Shown piece by piece: positions 45,868 to 55,546 of a DNA stretch of 57,453 nucleotides. Every line of letters begins with the position of its first letter. The first letter of the stretch is position 1. Made by a program: the position numbers and the translations under genes. Below the pieces are notes generated by a model. That model had not been told where the DNA came from and ran no database searches. It saw only the letters and a list, made by a program, of their open reading frames with translations. The DNA comes from Candidatus Woesearchaeota archaeon (GTDB lineage: Archaea > Nanobdellota > Nanobdellia > SCGC-AAA011-G17 > JAGVZF01): contig CAZJUI010000005.1 in assembly GCA_964549185.1 (NCBI GenBank), forward strand, positions 1-57,453, read 5' to 3'.

Positions 45868-46278
45868 TTAAGTTTTTCTCCAGAGATAAAGTTTAAATAA
45901 TTTAGGCGGATTTCCTGCATAGTTATCTGCTATAACTAATGATTTAGTATAAACTGCTTCCTTTGTGGGGGGTATATCTGAAGCTGGAATGCATGGGGAA
46001 TTTATTTGACATATAATAAAATGAACGCCCATATTTTGCTGAATGTTAGAGTTTATGAAATCTTGCAATGTGTTGTCGTTGTTATTAAAGATTTTTTGCC
46101 TTAATGTTTCATCACTCTGTATTCCATCTATTATCCTGGTTTGTGCGGCTGTTATCTCTCTAGGGATTGTTGCTTGTTCCTGAGCTTTTCTTGGAATGAT
46201 TAAAGTGATAAAAATAAATATTAGGATGATTGCTATTACTGCTTCTAATATTTTTACAAAACCTTTTTTATTTACCAT
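45868..46278 (-). CDS. prepilin-like protein (class III signal peptide)
   Basis: MVNKKG|FVKILEAVIAIILIFIFITLII: a short basic leader ending in Gly, then a hydrophobic helix. Confidence 0.55.
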   Translation of the reverse strand: MVNKKGFVKILEAVIAIILIFIFITLIIPRKAQEQATIPREITAAQTRIIDGIQSDETLRQKIFNNNDNTLQDFINSNIQQNMGVHFIICQINSPCIPASDIPPTKEAVYTKSLVIADNYAGNPPKLFKLYLWRKT

Positions 46279-46994
46279 GTTTTTAATGTCACTAAAACAG
46301 GAGTTTTAGTTCCTTCATCTTGGATTACATTATCATTATAGTTAATTACAAAAACTTTTACATCTGAGGTAGGCGTATTTCCCGGAAAGTTAAGCAATAT
46401 AGATTGATCTTCTATCTTTTTTATCTCTATATTAAATTCCTTTGAGAGTGGGAAATGCCACGCTGATTTTACTGCTTGATAATCTTTAGCACCAAGTTTT
46501 GTAATGTTACTTAGAGATACTCCAAATAAATTTTGTTTTACTCCAAACCTGTAATCTGTTAATATATCTGTTTGGGAAATTGAAACGGGTTGTAAACTAA
46601 GCTCTGGATTATATATTAATTTGTATTCCTTTTCAATGTTTGCTGAAAAGGTGTCTTGAAATTCCAATGCAGGTGGATTAACTGAATTGTCTATTTCTAT
46701 ATTTATATTATTATTTCCTTCCTTCATCAACACCCTCCCATTTTGCCAGCTAAATGGTAACTTTTGAATAAGATATATTTTTTGGCCATCTGAGTCTGGT
46801 TTTACAAATAAATTAACTATCTCTATAGAATAATATGTTTCTTTTATGAAATTCGTTTTTACAATATCAAGCATATAGCTTGGAGAAGATGGATCTCTAA
46901 TTCCTGGCTTAAAAACTACAAATATAAATATAATATAAACTATAAAAATGCCTATTGCAATTACCCAATCAATATAATTAATGCCTTTTTTCAT
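46272..46994 (-). CDS. prepilin-like / pilus accessory protein
   Basis: MKKG|INYIDWVIAIGIFIVYIIFIFVVF. 4-nt overlap with the upstream platform gene. Confidence 0.5.
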   Translation of the reverse strand: MKKGINYIDWVIAIGIFIVYIIFIFVVFKPGIRDPSSPSYMLDIVKTNFIKETYYSIEIVNLFVKPDSDGQKIYLIQKLPFSWQNGRVLMKEGNNNINIEIDNSVNPPALEFQDTFSANIEKEYKLIYNPELSLQPVSISQTDILTDYRFGVKQNLFGVSLSNITKLGAKDYQAVKSAWHFPLSKEFNIEIKKIEDQSILLNFPGNTPTSDVKVFVINYNDNVIQDEGTKTPVLVTLKTW

Positions 46995-47848
46995 CCTACA
47001 ACTGTTGTTATTAACAAATAACTTATTATCATCAATATTAATGAGTGTTTTAATCCCTGCTTTAGTTCACCTTCTGAAAATTTACCTATCATTAATCCTG
47101 CAAAAAAACCTTGAATCAGAACCAAACCGAGAAATATTGTTTTAAAGTTAACTGTCTGTGCTGTGCTTACTGGAGCATTACCTTCAAAATATCCTTCAAA
47201 ACCCGCTGTTATTCCGGTTGATACAGATACACTAACATCTGCTAATTGGGGCAATAAATAAATTTGTAGAATTATCATGATAAATATAAACACAAAAAAA
47301 ACAAAATAACCTTGAATCATTTGTGTATATGTGTTTGATCTTCTCTCTTCCTTCATTTTTTTAACTTGTAAAATAGAATCTGTTACTGCTTGCAATACTT
47401 CATCTATATTACCACCAGAACGTTCAGCTTCTATAACTATAGATATAGAACGAGAGATTATTTTATTATTTGTATCTTTAGCAAATGTTGTTAATGCATC
47501 TCGTATTGAAATTCCCCACTCTATCTGGTGTGCAAGTTTTCTTACATATGGTGAAAGTGATCCAAAATCTGCTTTTGACACATGAATTATTGATTTAGGA
47601 ATAGGAATTCCGGATTTTACTGTTTCAACCAATGATCGAACAAATTCTAAAAATTTTGCCTCTATTTCTTTCTGTCTTTTATTCTCCATTATAATATCTA
47701 ACCAAAAAGGAAGAATTACTATAAACAAACCTATTGCGAATATTGGCTTAAAGAATCTAGAAGTTTTTCCAAGTAAAAAAATGATATCAGCTATTATAAC
47801 GAGCAATCCTACAATGATTCCTGCTACGTGTTTTGATTTAAATTCCAT
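46991..47848 (-). CDS. type IV pilus platform protein, single T2SSF domain (TadB/FlaJ-half-like)
   Basis: 285 aa. TM helices flank a cytoplasmic T2SSF-like segment (EAKFLEFVRSLVETVKSGIPIPKSI...IEWGISIRDALTTFA...IEAERSGGNIDEVL). Confidence 0.72.
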   Translation of the reverse strand: MEFKSKHVAGIIVGLLVIIADIIFLLGKTSRFFKPIFAIGLFIVILPFWLDIIMENKRQKEIEAKFLEFVRSLVETVKSGIPIPKSIIHVSKADFGSLSPYVRKLAHQIEWGISIRDALTTFAKDTNNKIISRSISIVIEAERSGGNIDEVLQAVTDSILQVKKMKEERRSNTYTQMIQGYFVFFVFIFIMIILQIYLLPQLADVSVSVSTGITAGFEGYFEGNAPVSTAQTVNFKTIFLGLVLIQGFFAGLMIGKFSEGELKQGLKHSLILMIISYLLITTVVG

Positions 47849-47849
47849 T

Positions 47850-49172
47850 TTACATTTCTGGTTGAGTTAGGTTAAGGAATATTATAAAACCAACGTTAAT
47901 CAAAGGGATAGCAATATATGTTCCGAATGTTGCTATAACTGAAATTTTTATACCTCCTATATCTGGTGAAATTTTATCTAAAATAGCTAATGTTACTAAA
48001 AATAATAATGGAGCTGCAATTAAAATCCCTGTATAAACATCTGAATATGTTGATAATGTATCGGTGTATTTCTTTTGATCTAAACGATAAGTTGCTAATG
48101 TATCTGCTGCTTTATCCTGTAAATATTTCTTAAGATCCCCACCTGTTTCTATTGTGGCTACAATTCCATTTAATAATTCTTTAAGCTCATAAGAAGGTGT
48201 TTGTGCAGCTACAGATCTTAGCGCAGTTGATAAGCTATAACCAAACAGGTTGATATAATTTGTAATTTTTCTTAATTCACTTTCTAGATATTTATATTCT
48301 CCTGAATCTAATAATAAATTAAATATTTTAACTGGCTGAATTCCAGAGCCTGAAATTGCTGCCATATGTACGACAGCAAATACTAAATCTGTTTTTATTT
48401 TTTTACTTCTAGATTTTATTATTGAAAATGGATAGTAATAAAATATGATTAAAGTGAGAAATGTTGCTAGTAAACCAATTAATAAAGCTGTAAATATGTT
48501 TAGAGTAAATAAGAAATAGATTAGTGTTGCTATTGGGAATGCAACTATCGAACTAAATATTGTCATGCTGATATATGTGCTTGATAAGACTTTGATATCT
48601 GCCAGTCTTAAAGATTGAAATAGTTGTTTTAATGAACTAGAATATTTTCTCATTAAAGCAACCGTGATTGGTTTTGCAACTGCATTTGATATTTTTCCAT
48701 AAGAATTTGATTTATACACTGTGTATTCTATTTCTGATGAGACTATTTTTTTGGATTTTGGTTTTTGTTGAGATTTGACAAATTTTTTTACATCTGCTGC
48801 ATTAATATTTAACCTTTCTAAATCCATTACTTTTTTTAATGGTCTTTTTGATGGATTGATAGCAACCGTCTCTATAGAACGATAAGATGGAGGAGAGAGT
48901 AATGTTAATATTGTTGAATTTTGTTTGTTAATTTCACTTAATAATTCATGAATATATCCATCATAAACATTTATCAGTTCACTTTGGCCTTTACCTTTTA
49001 ATAAAATATTAAGTCTTCTTTGTTGTTCACTTGCATTTATCTTATCTTTACTAAAATCTTCATTAATTTTTTCTATTTCATGAATTAATTTATCACGTAG
49101 ATTTTTATATGAGATTAATTCTTTTGATATTTCAAATAATCTTATTGAATCTTCTTTAAGACTGATTGGCAT
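47850..49172 (-). CDS. type IV pilus platform protein, single T2SSF domain (TadC/FlaJ-half-like) with long N-terminal cytoplasmic extension
   Basis: 440 aa. T2SSF-like segment (DLVFAVVHMAAISGSGIQPVKIF...LFGYSLSTALRSVA...IETGGDLKKYL) between TM helices. Confidence 0.72.
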   Translation of the reverse strand: MPISLKEDSIRLFEISKELISYKNLRDKLIHEIEKINEDFSKDKINASEQQRRLNILLKGKGQSELINVYDGYIHELLSEINKQNSTILTLLSPPSYRSIETVAINPSKRPLKKVMDLERLNINAADVKKFVKSQQKPKSKKIVSSEIEYTVYKSNSYGKISNAVAKPITVALMRKYSSSLKQLFQSLRLADIKVLSSTYISMTIFSSIVAFPIATLIYFLFTLNIFTALLIGLLATFLTLIIFYYYPFSIIKSRSKKIKTDLVFAVVHMAAISGSGIQPVKIFNLLLDSGEYKYLESELRKITNYINLFGYSLSTALRSVAAQTPSYELKELLNGIVATIETGGDLKKYLQDKAADTLATYRLDQKKYTDTLSTYSDVYTGILIAAPLLFLVTLAILDKISPDIGGIKISVIATFGTYIAIPLINVGFIIFLNLTQPEM

Positions 49173-49413
49173 TTCTTAATTCTTCCTGAGTTAGTTTTTC
49201 TATATTGGCTAGAATATTTATAACATAATTTTTTAATTGACTAATTTGAGATTCTATAGAACTAAGCTCATCTTTCTTTTTTTTAAGAATTATTTTATCT
49301 TTTTCACGCGCAACATCTTCTGTTAATAATCTTCTTTTCTCTAATAAAATGTCATATTTTCCAGCGATTTCATTAAGGCTTTCTGCATTATGATAGATTG
49401 CTTCTATTGTCAT
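49156..49413 (-). CDS. small coiled-coil protein (85 aa)
   Basis: Heptad-rich sequence. Overlaps both neighbouring genes within the pilus operon. Confidence 0.45.
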   Translation of the reverse strand: MTIEAIYHNAESLNEIAGKYDILLEKRRLLTEDVAREKDKIILKKKKDELSSIESQISQLKNYVINILANIEKLTQEELRNANQS

Positions 49414-52400
49414 ATTAATCCGAATTTAGCTAGAACAGCTTTTGGATCTTTATAGTATTCATTGATAACTTCTTTAACTTCTTTAAAATCAAATATTCCT
49501 TTTTTATACATAGCAATAAGCAAATTTGTTCTTTTATTGAATTCATCCATTATTTTTGTTATACTTAATCCATGATGTAATAATAATTTTTGAAATGCGT
49601 AGCTGTTTGATTTGAAGTAAAAAGTATCTTTTTGTGGATCCCAAATAAATGGTGTGTTAATATTTGCTGACCCCTTTTCTGTAACATTTATTATTTCTGA
49701 AACTTCTCGTATTCTTCTTACAGGTTTAGCCTGAAGTTTTGTTTGCGTCATTACACAGACTACATCTAAGATTTCTACAAGTGATGAAGAAAGATTAATT
49801 GGTGGAGTTTCTAATCTTTTTATCATAGTATCGACGGAGTTTGCATGCATTGTGCCAAGACTTGGATGACCAGAATTATGAAGTAAAATTCCTCCAAATC
49901 CTCCAATAAAATTCCTTGTTCTTGGTATAGCAATATCATACACTGGTTCTTTTTTATCCAGTTTTATTATTTCTATAGACCTTATGGTATCTATATATAA
50001 ATCTCCTAATAATCTGGGATTAATTGATTTTCCTACAAATTTATTATTTTTATTTTTAATTGAATTTGTATATCTCAAGAATTCATTTTTGTCTAAAGCA
50101 TTATAAAATAGTATTTCGTAATCTGTTATTTTTCTTCCCACTCGATTTCTAGATCTAATTGTAGCGACTATTCCGAATGTTAACAATAATTTTGATATAT
50201 CATCTGCGAATTTTTTTGATATTGTAAAATAACCAAAGTAATTTTCTGTAAAGCTCCCATCGCCATCATATAATGCAGATAAAAATTGTCCTATCTTTTC
50301 TTTTGATAATCCAAATATAAAATCAGGAATTTTTTTATCATGTTTTGCTCCGCAATAAATTCTTAAAAATTCATGAATCACTTTATGGTTGAATGATAAT
50401 TCTGTCGCTGTTCCAAACCCTTTTGTTATTCTTCCACGTTGGTTTTTTCCTGTAATCTTAAAAATACAATATCTCATATCTTGCAAAATACTTTTATCTT
50501 TGTTATATAAAGCAATTTTTTTACTTTTACTTCTCCCAAGACTTCCCCCAGATAGATAATATCCTAATAATCTTAAAAACTCATTTGTTAAGTAAAGTTT
50601 AGAAGGTAAACTTTCGCTATTTTTATCAAATTTTAATATTAAATTTTCTGAATCATAATTAATTTCAGCATCTTTCATTAATTTTATGAATTTTTCGACT
50701 TTTAAAGAAGATGGTTTTGCTCTTTTAAAATTAGAATAATAATCTGTTATAGATTCAATGCCACAAATTGCAGATGCTGGATAATATCCTAATTTAGTAA
50801 CTGCCTCCTTTACCAATTTAGGAGAATAAATTCTTGCATGGGGCAATAACTCTAATAAATTTATATACTCTAAATCTGCATAACCGCAAGGAATTTTAGA
50901 CGGAATTAGTATTTTCTCTCCAATTCTTAAACTTTCCATTGGGGCACTTATAACTTTATTTTCATACTTAAATACTGAATGATCTGGTGTTAATGTTATT
51001 TCTCTACCTGTTCTTGTTGTTATCTTATATAATATTTTTCTTGTTGGATGTTTTAATACTGCAGTTATTGGTAAAATTTCTACTTTCTTTGTATTAAGGT
51101 TATAAGTTGGAGCATAACAATCTTTAATATCATTTAAATCTTTAATCTTTATTTTTAATGATTTTCTATCTTTAATAATAAATATTTCTTCATCTCCTTG
51201 GATAGATCCCATGCCCTGAAATAAAACATACGCTTCTGCTCCTCTTACTTCTCCAACAATAACATAGTCTGGATTTTGTCTGAAACTTTCTTTTAATAAA
51301 TCAAATAAAGAAACTTCTCCATATTTCTGTCCAACTAGATTAGATAAACCAACTCCAGCTCTTGCAACCGATGGAAGCCAGTTTTCATGTTGAAGATTTA
51401 ATTCTCTAGTGTCTTCTATTGAAACTATTCTTGCCTGTGGTGGAATGAAAAATGTTAGGGCATTAAGAAATGTTGTTTTTCCTGAGCCTGTTCCCCCGAC
51501 TATCATAATGTTCATTTCATATTCAAGTAAAATCCAAAGATAAGCCAAGATTTGTGGAGAGCAAGTTCCAAGTTGCATTAATTTTGTAGGTGTCCAAGGT
51601 TTTTTTGTGAACTTCCTTATAGTAAAACTTGGTCCCCTAGAAGATATATCCTCGGTAAAGGTAGCATTTGCTCTACTATTATGACAAAATAAACCGCCAA
51701 ATCCTGCTATAAAATTTTCATTTTTTGGAACAGACACATCATAAACATAATTACCTGTTGGTTTAACTTTATTAATATTATTAACCCTTAAAAATATAAA
51801 ATCTGAATCTATTAATTTTTTTACAAAATCTAGTTCATAGATAACTTCTTGTCCTTCTTTAGTTAATAGATTCGTGCCTTTTATATTTTTTATTATTCTA
51901 CGCTTTGTCCATTCTAGTATGAATTTTCTAGATTTGACATTTTCGAGGTTATTAAAGTTTTTAAATCTGATTTCATTTAATATTTTTTTCAATCTTTCCC
52001 TTCTTAGTCTATTATTCTTTAATTTATGGTGTGTTTTATTTAGTGGATTAAATAATATTATAGGTACCATTGTATGGAAATCACTTAATTTTCTTCTATA
52101 ATAATTAGTATATATTTCATGACTTTCAATTTTTCTATTATCGAATTTTGCTATTCTGTCTCTTTCATAAAATGGGACAATCCTGTTTTTGAATAATGAA
52201 AGATATGAAATATCGGTTGCTAATTTTTTGCTTGCTGTGCTCCCAAAATCACTATTGTGCCAGGCCTTAATAAATTCTTCTTGAAGCTCTTTATTAACAT
52301 TAAAAACTATTTCAGGGACTTCTTTGGTTTTAGCACCTTTGCTTACCTTTAAAACATCTCTAAAAACTAAATAAATTAACAAACTAGTAATCCTTAATTT

Positions 52401-53873
52401 ATTTGCATTTTTTTCTTCAGGTTCTATATATATCTTATTGGAAAAGCATTTGATAAAATTATCATTAACTTCATTATGATATTCATGTTCATTTTTGTTA
52501 AAGCAGAAAGAAACTGAATATTGATGTTTCCTGTTAGATAACCAACCTTCCCCGATATAATATCCTAATAATCTCATTAGTTCTTTATTAGCTTTTAGAA
52601 ATGTTGGAATTTGTACACTAGATGTTGTAGCTATTTTACACTTTCTTAATTCTTCTTCAGTTAAAATATTATATAATCTTATTGGTAATATTCTCTTTCT
52701 TTTATGTTCATTATATGTTGGAATTACATTCTTATAATTATCTTTATAATATTTTTTTATCTCTTTATTTTTATCTTTAAAAATACGTAAAGGAATTTTA
52801 GTTAGTATAATCTTTTTATAATATTCACTTTCACTTAATTCTTTTGCTAAATTAAACTCATCAATAATATCATTTTCAGGTAATGTTAATGGAGCAATTA
52901 CATAATCTCCTATTTTTAAATTTGTTACTAACTCTGGTTTTATATTATCTTTTCTTAAAACAAATATGCTATGAACTCCAGTTAATCTTACATTTCTTGA
53001 AGCTTCTAACTGTAATTCATATAAATCTTCATTTGCTTTGTGTCTATAAACATAATCTATCTTTTTCCAATTTATTTTCATACTTTTATCAAAGGCTGGA
53101 ACTTCAATATTGCTAACATTTATTGGTTTATTGCTCTCATTATTCTTATAATATTTATCAATAAATTCTCCCATCTTTGAAATTTTTACTTTATTATTTT
53201 CTTTGTAAATGAATGGCTCATTGCAATCTACGCTTCCATCAGGCAAAGCTCCATCCAATAATGGGGTAGCATAAGAAATGTATTGACCACATTTTTGAGC
53301 AAGCTTTTCTACAAATGAAGTTAAAACTTGAACATCGTCATATTGAATGTTTGTTCTTAAATTTCTATATTTTCTATGAACAATGTAAATTGGAAAGTTT
53401 GTTCCATTACATTCTATATCTTCTATAAAATAATCATTAAGAAAAGGCTCTATTTTTCCGAAACCTGCAAAATCACGATAGATGAAATACATTATTTTAA
53501 GATATGACTCTTTTATTAATTGTATTCTTAATTCTTCTAATAAAACTTGAACATTTTTTTCAAGATACTTAATAACAGATTCTGGGTCTTTAACTGAAAT
53601 GAAACTTATGTTTATTAATTCTTTAATTCCATCTTCCAATAATCTTAAAATTCTAGCTTCTTCGGCTGTTAATCCTGGTTCTTCAACAAAATAAACTAGT
53701 TCTTTGTTATCAAAATCCCAAAAGATATGGGCATATGCGTAAGGAGGTATTAATGGATATTTTAGATTAACATTTTCATCTGGAACTTCTGGAAAAACAG
53801 GAATTTTTGGTTTTAGATCTATCTTGAAAATAGGCTCTTCTTTTAATTCGACATGTGCCTCTTTTTTTAACAT
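49410..53873 (-). CDS. type IV pilus/secretion ATPase (GspE/FlaI/TadA/VirB11 superfamily) precursor with two inteins (extein 524 aa)
   Basis: 1487-aa ORF. After removing residues 214-732 and 890-1333 the exteins read ..[32 protein letters not shown].., Walker A [10 protein letters not shown], Walker B/Asp box [33 protein letters not shown]. Confidence 0.93.
   Translation of the reverse strand: [1487 protein letters not shown]
49875..51206 (-). mobile_element. pilus-ATPase intein 2 (444 aa, Ser1, LAGLIDADG domain)
   Basis: Starts [12 protein letters not shown] and ends ..[13 protein letters not shown], followed by +1 Ser. LAGLIDADG motifs [10 protein letters not shown] and [11 protein letters not shown]. 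1332 nt, in frame. Restores FQGMG-SGH, which corresponds to the family motif FQAMxTGH. Confidence 0.85.
51678..53234 (-). mobile_element. pilus-ATPase intein 1 (519 aa, Ser1, LAGLIDADG domain)
   Basis: Starts [11 protein letters not shown] and ends ..[13 protein letters not shown], followed by +1 Ser. LAGLIDADG motifs [10 protein letters not shown] and [11 protein letters not shown]. 1557 nt, in frame. The Ser1 assignment restores the canonical PDGSR motif. Confidence 0.8.
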
Positions 53874-53912
53874 ATAAAAAAAATGCTTAGCTTTACTTAT
53901 ATATTTTTCGTT

Positions 53913-54437
53913 TTATATGATTGAAATTTGAATTGTCACTTTACCTGGATTAGAAGAAATTTCTCCTTGATTAAGAATAATTAATTTATTTGTTCCTGAA
54001 AAAGTATTAATTGGACTTGTTAAATCTAGAACAAGGTTTAAACTGTTATAATTTAATCCAAATGTAATCTTATAATCTTCGGAAGGGGTTTTGGTAGAAT
54101 ATATGCTTAAAGTTCCTTCTTGAATTAACGTATCTAAATCTGAAAGTTGTACTGAACTTTCTATTGTCCAGTTTATTTCGTTTTCATTTTCAAAAATATT
54201 AAAATCTCCTTTTTTTATCTCCAAAATTAATGGTCGTTGAGATCCTGGACCTTCATTATAAACTTCTCTTATATTTTTATCAATTGTAAACATTGATTCT
54301 TTTGTATCTATGGCTAGATTTTTGTCTCTTATCCGATTTATAACAGGCAGACCTGCTGATAAAATTATTGTTAGAATGATAACACCAAGCCCCATATACA
54401 GAACTGCAGATATCCAAATATCACCTTTTTTTACCAT
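53913..54437 (-). CDS. prepilin-like protein
   Basis: MVKKG|DIWISAVLYMGLGVIILTIILSAGL: class III-like signal and hydrophobic helix. Confidence 0.6.
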   Translation of the reverse strand: MVKKGDIWISAVLYMGLGVIILTIILSAGLPVINRIRDKNLAIDTKESMFTIDKNIREVYNEGPGSQRPLILEIKKGDFNIFENENEINWTIESSVQLSDLDTLIQEGTLSIYSTKTPSEDYKITFGLNYNSLNLVLDLTSPINTFSGTNKLIILNQGEISSNPGKVTIQISII

Positions 54438-54491
54438 ATTAATAAGATTAAATTAATAGTTTATAAAGTTTATTAAAAAAGAAAAAGAAGT

Positions 54492-55064
54492 TTAAGCAAC
54501 ATCTGCTTCTGTAAATTGATATTTGTATTCTGTTCCGCAGACCTGTGTGTTACATTGCTTTCCATCGCTTGTTATAAAGTTGATAACAGGTAATAATCCA
54601 ATACCACTATATTTTCCCTGACAATTTGCATTTAATGGATCTGGATCGTAATCGTTTAGTGCACCAACATTTGTAAAAGTTGCTGTAATTATAGTACTCC
54701 CAAATCCTTGTAATGGATCTGTTGATAGATCAACATCATCATCATTTGCGACAATTGTTTCACCAGAACATTTAGTTAATCTCACCTTAAAATGATCAAT
54801 GGATTGATCTAGTTCGCTTAGGACAGACATTGTAACAGTATCTGTAGCTGTATTTAATACTACTATTCCTGATGCAGGGCTTAAAGATACTTTTACAGAT
54901 TGAGCACATCTTATAGAACCTTCTGAAACACAGCCTGTATCTGATGTTGTTTTTGTAAATAATTGACCGCCCCATCTAAAGACTAAGGCAGCAAGAACTA
55001 TTGTAAATCCAATTAGCAAGACAGAAGCTATTAATGGACTAATTCCTCTTTTTTTTGTTGCCAA
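54492..55064 (-). CDS. archaeal type IV pilin (candidate major pilin), TTG start with strong Shine-Dalgarno
   Basis: (M)ATKKRG|ISPLIASVLLIGFTIVLAALVF is the archaeal pilin N-terminal domain signature (G-[IVL]-SP-[LV]-IA-[ST]-VLLI). GGAGGTG lies 6 nt upstream of TTG 55064. Confidence 0.85.
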   Translation of the reverse strand: MATKKRGISPLIASVLLIGFTIVLAALVFRWGGQLFTKTTSDTGCVSEGSIRCAQSVKVSLSPASGIVVLNTATDTVTMSVLSELDQSIDHFKVRLTKCSGETIVANDDDVDLSTDPLQGFGSTIITATFTNVGALNDYDPDPLNANCQGKYSGIGLLPVINFITSDGKQCNTQVCGTEYKYQFTEADVA

Positions 55065-55070
55065 TTAAAG

Positions 55071-55077
55071 CACCTCC
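55071..55077 (-). promoter_or_regulatory. Shine-Dalgarno GGAGGTG for the candidate major pilin
   Basis: The minus strand reads AAAGGAGGTGCTTTAATTGGCAACA. A TATA-like TTATATAT lies about 40-50 nt further upstream, so this gene has a real 5' UTR, unlike most genes here. Confidence 0.6.
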
Positions 55078-55126
55078 TTTTGATGATAAAGGAAAACAAA
55101 TTTCAATATATAAGCATTTGTCTAAA

Positions 55127-55546
55127 TTATGGAATAGTTATTTTTTTATAAAGTTTGGTACAGACAATTTCACATATATCTACAGGAGTTTTTTTGTGTT
55201 CGATAAAAGGAGCTATTTCTGAAGAAGGATTATTTATCGTTATAGTATAGCTTGTATATGGCTCAAGAGGGGGTGTTAATTCAATTCTGTTAACTGGTTT
55301 TTCATTAAAACCTTTAATTGCAAAACTTCCTGTGTTTTTAACTTCTACTTTATTACCATTTAAAGGACCGAGTTCAAATTTAATGTTATTTTCGCATATT
55401 AAATTTGCTTCTTGATTGCAAGATATATCCTTCTTCTCAAACACAAAAAATGAACGCTGTGTCCAGGCAAATATTAAAACTGCCATGATAATTGTAAAAC
55501 CGATTAATAAAACAGATGCTATTAAAGGACTTATACCTTTTTTCAT
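55127..55546 (-). CDS. archaeal type IV pilin
   Basis: From ATG 55546: MKKG|ISPLIASVLLIGFTIIMAVLIFAW. ATGA overlap with the upstream pilin stop. The track ORF extends to 55579. Confidence 0.8.
   Translation of the reverse strand: MKKGISPLIASVLLIGFTIIMAVLIFAWTQRSFFVFEKKDISCNQEANLICENNIKFELGPLNGNKVEVKNTGSFAIKGFNEKPVNRIELTPPLEPYTSYTITINNPSSEIAPFIEHKKTPVDICEIVCTKLYKKITIP

Noticed and set aside
53223-53234. Cys216 (SVD-C-NEPF) as first residue of pilus-ATPase intein 1
   Set aside because: Choosing Ser214 restores the canonical extein motif [11 protein letters not shown] (family pattern PDGSR..AT). It also parallels intein 2, which unambiguously starts with Ser ([12 protein letters not shown]). 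Choosing Cys216 would leave an extra SVD in the extein. This still needs a proper alignment.
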